This document shows positions 15,685 to 16,574 of a stretch of 16,574 bases of DNA, piece after piece; the stretch's first letter is position 1; each line of letters starts with the position of its first letter. The stretch lies in the IMG/VR virus record IMGVR_UViG_3300032156_000005, positions 64,001 to 80,574 of that record; one strand, given 5' to 3'. The position numbers were made by a program, and so were the translations under genes. This DNA is from a virus. Lineage: Duplodnaviria > Heunggongvirae > Uroviricota > Caudoviricetes. The notes below the pieces were generated by a model, which worked only from the letters and a program-made list of their open reading frames with translations, made no database searches and was not told the origin of the DNA.

Positions 15685-15932
15685 TGGAAAATTTAAAGAA
15701 TGAACTCTGTGCGGCATTGGCTGCCAAACTTGAGAAGGTTGGAATTAGATCGACAATCGAGCCATTTCCATATAATCCATTACTTGATATGGCGTATACC
15801 CGATCGTTTGACACGCGTCCCGCAACTATTAGTTGTATGCGCGACGCTGGGTTTAATGATCTAGTCAAAGATGTCCAGTACGTTGAATGGAATGATGTAA
15901 AATCTGCGGTAACATTGACGGGGAGGTTTTAA
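15684..15932 (+). CDS. Copy 2, N-terminal part (frame A); continues by -1 frameshift into the 15923-16189 frame
   Basis: GTG start overlapping TAG; MENLKNELCAALAAKLEKVGI aligns ungapped with METIESLASILLDAALTENGI of copy 1. Confidence 0.7.
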   Translation: MENLKNELCAALAAKLEKVGIRSTIEPFPYNPLLDMAYTRSFDTRPATISCMRDAGFNDLVKDVQYVEWNDVKSAVTLTGRF

Positions 15933-16189
15933 CAATTTCACTTACAACTGGTCTACCACACATCCACCGAATCTCAAAAACGATGCGTGGTGAGATTGAG
16001 TGGCAAATGGATCATCAGGCAGTAACACCAGAATGTAAAGCAACATCTATCGAAGATTGGCACAAACTTATTAAAGACCAACTAGAAGGCACCCCCACCG
16101 AGAATGACTATGCCTATCGTTGTAGTCTTGTAAAGGTTGCAGCGTATGTGATTTCAGCCCTAAACTCCTATGATAAGGGGTATTGTTAA
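15923..16189 (+). CDS. Copy 2, C-terminal MazG-like part (-1 frame; the ORF track starts it at ATG 15983)
   Basis: EVLTISLTTG..GEIEWQ..DW..YRCSLVKVAAYVISALNSYDKGYC matches copy 1, including residues upstream of ATG 15983. Confidence 0.7.
   Translation, partial: EVLTISLTTGLPHIHRISKTMRGEIEWQMDHQAVTPECKATSIEDWHKLIKDQLEGTPTENDYAYRCSLVKVAAYVISALNSYDKGYC
16166..16188 (+). repeat. 23-bp perfect direct repeat, copy 2
   Basis: Identical to 15661-15683; extends to 27 nt with one mismatch. Confidence 0.95.
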
Positions 16190-16332
16190 TGGCACCTTGG
16201 TATATTATTGCTTGGCGTTTAATTTGGTATCTTCCACTTTGTCTTTCTGGTTTTCTATTCTGTTGCGTGGTTGGAGTCATGTACGGACCTCAAGCAGGAT
16301 TGGATGAATACGATGATCTGTACACGATGTGA
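16189..16332 (+). CDS. Small predicted membrane protein (47 aa), absent from the ORF track
   Basis: TAATG coupling, AAGGGG SD in the repeat; MAPWYIIAWRLIWYLPLCLSGFLFCCVVGVMYGPQAGLDEYDDLYTM is hydrophobic with an acidic tail. Confidence 0.65.
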   Translation: MAPWYIIAWRLIWYLPLCLSGFLFCCVVGVMYGPQAGLDEYDDLYTM

Positions 16333-16534
16333 TGGCACCGGTTTTCTAAATCTACATCAAGTAGATATGAATACTCTCGACCGTTTTTATGCCGAGTATG
16401 ATTTTAGAATTATATTTGACTGGATGAAGGACAATCTTAGCGACGTGCAACTTTGTGATTGTTGCGGGGACGGCGAGGGGTGGTATTATATGCCGGGGCT
16501 ACATCATATAAGTGAGATACCAGATTGTATTTAG
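16304..16534 (+). CDS. Small protein with DnaJ-like CxxCxGxG Zn motifs
   Basis: CTRCDGTG and CDCCGDGEG; start 16304 or 16313. Confidence 0.65.
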   Translation: MNTMICTRCDGTGFLNLHQVDMNTLDRFYAEYDFRIIFDWMKDNLSDVQLCDCCGDGEGWYYMPGLHHISEIPDCI

Positions 16535-16574
16535 CCTTATTACTACTGTGTGTCGTCCGAGTAGAATCCATTGA

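Larger units (their letters stand above)
1..16574 (+). mobile_element. Probable large bacteriophage (or phage-like element) accessory/early gene region
   Basis: About 40 short, co-oriented, tightly overlapping ORFs, mostly hypothetical. Typical large-phage cargo (solitary DNA MTase, NDT-like, MSMEG_6728-like glycosylase, FmdB Zn ribbon, MazG-like). No structural or terminase gene in the window, so this is inferred from organisation. Confidence 0.75.

Noticed and set aside
1945-15813. Other TTGACA hexamers (about 1946, 3006, 5383, 12990, 15808)
   Set aside because: They are intragenic and have no properly spaced -10 element.
15921-15937. GGGAGG as an SD for an ATT-initiated independent C-terminal protein
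   Set aside because: The spacing fits, but ATT starts are rare and homology to copy 1 runs continuously through this region, which favours a split single gene.
1695-16280. All minus-strand ORFs in the track (e.g. 8916-9281, 11429-12001, 14708-15022)
   Set aside because: They are antisense shadows of well-supported + strand genes, with no motifs or SD support.
1-16574. Z-genome or DNA hypermodification pathway suggested by the MazG-like, NDT-like and radical SAM genes
   Set aside because: No PurZ, DatZ, thymidylate-synthase-like or glycosyltransferase gene is visible, and the MazG-like domains lack catalytic acidic residues.
1-16574. tRNA/rRNA genes and rho-independent terminators
   Set aside because: No cloverleaf or GC hairpin followed by a U-tract was found by eye, and intergenic gaps are nearly all under 50 nt.

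Overview
The window is very gene-dense. About 40 ORFs all lie on the + strand, most with overlapping start/stop codons, and there are no recognisable rRNA, tRNA or CRISPR elements. This organisation suggests an accessory/early region of a large dsDNA bacteriophage; that is an inference, since no virion or terminase gene is in view. The left half (1-9378) holds auxiliary enzymes: a RimI-like GNAT, a radical SAM/SPASM protein, a full-length BCS1-type membrane AAA+ ATPase, a secreted M28 peptidase, a beta-class N6/N4 DNA methyltransferase with an atypical DPPD motif, several Zn-ribbon proteins, an AT-hook protein, deoC, an FkbM methyltransferase and an NDT-like protein. The right half (9375-end) has two sigma70-like promoters that appear to give leaderless mRNAs. 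The first precedes a protein with a duplicated C3H motif and a degenerate pyrimidine-dimer-glycosylase fusion. The second precedes a tandem array of seven diverged ~100-116 aa paralogues sharing F[WYL]GGP[PL]-x4-[WYMC]-x2-G[TSN]L[LH]T-x3-D, which I cannot assign to a known family. Further right are a Zn-ribbon-CAP protein and a duplicated MazG-like gene pair whose second copy is split by a -1 frameshift at a G run. The seven-gene array is the strongest candidate for an undescribed system.
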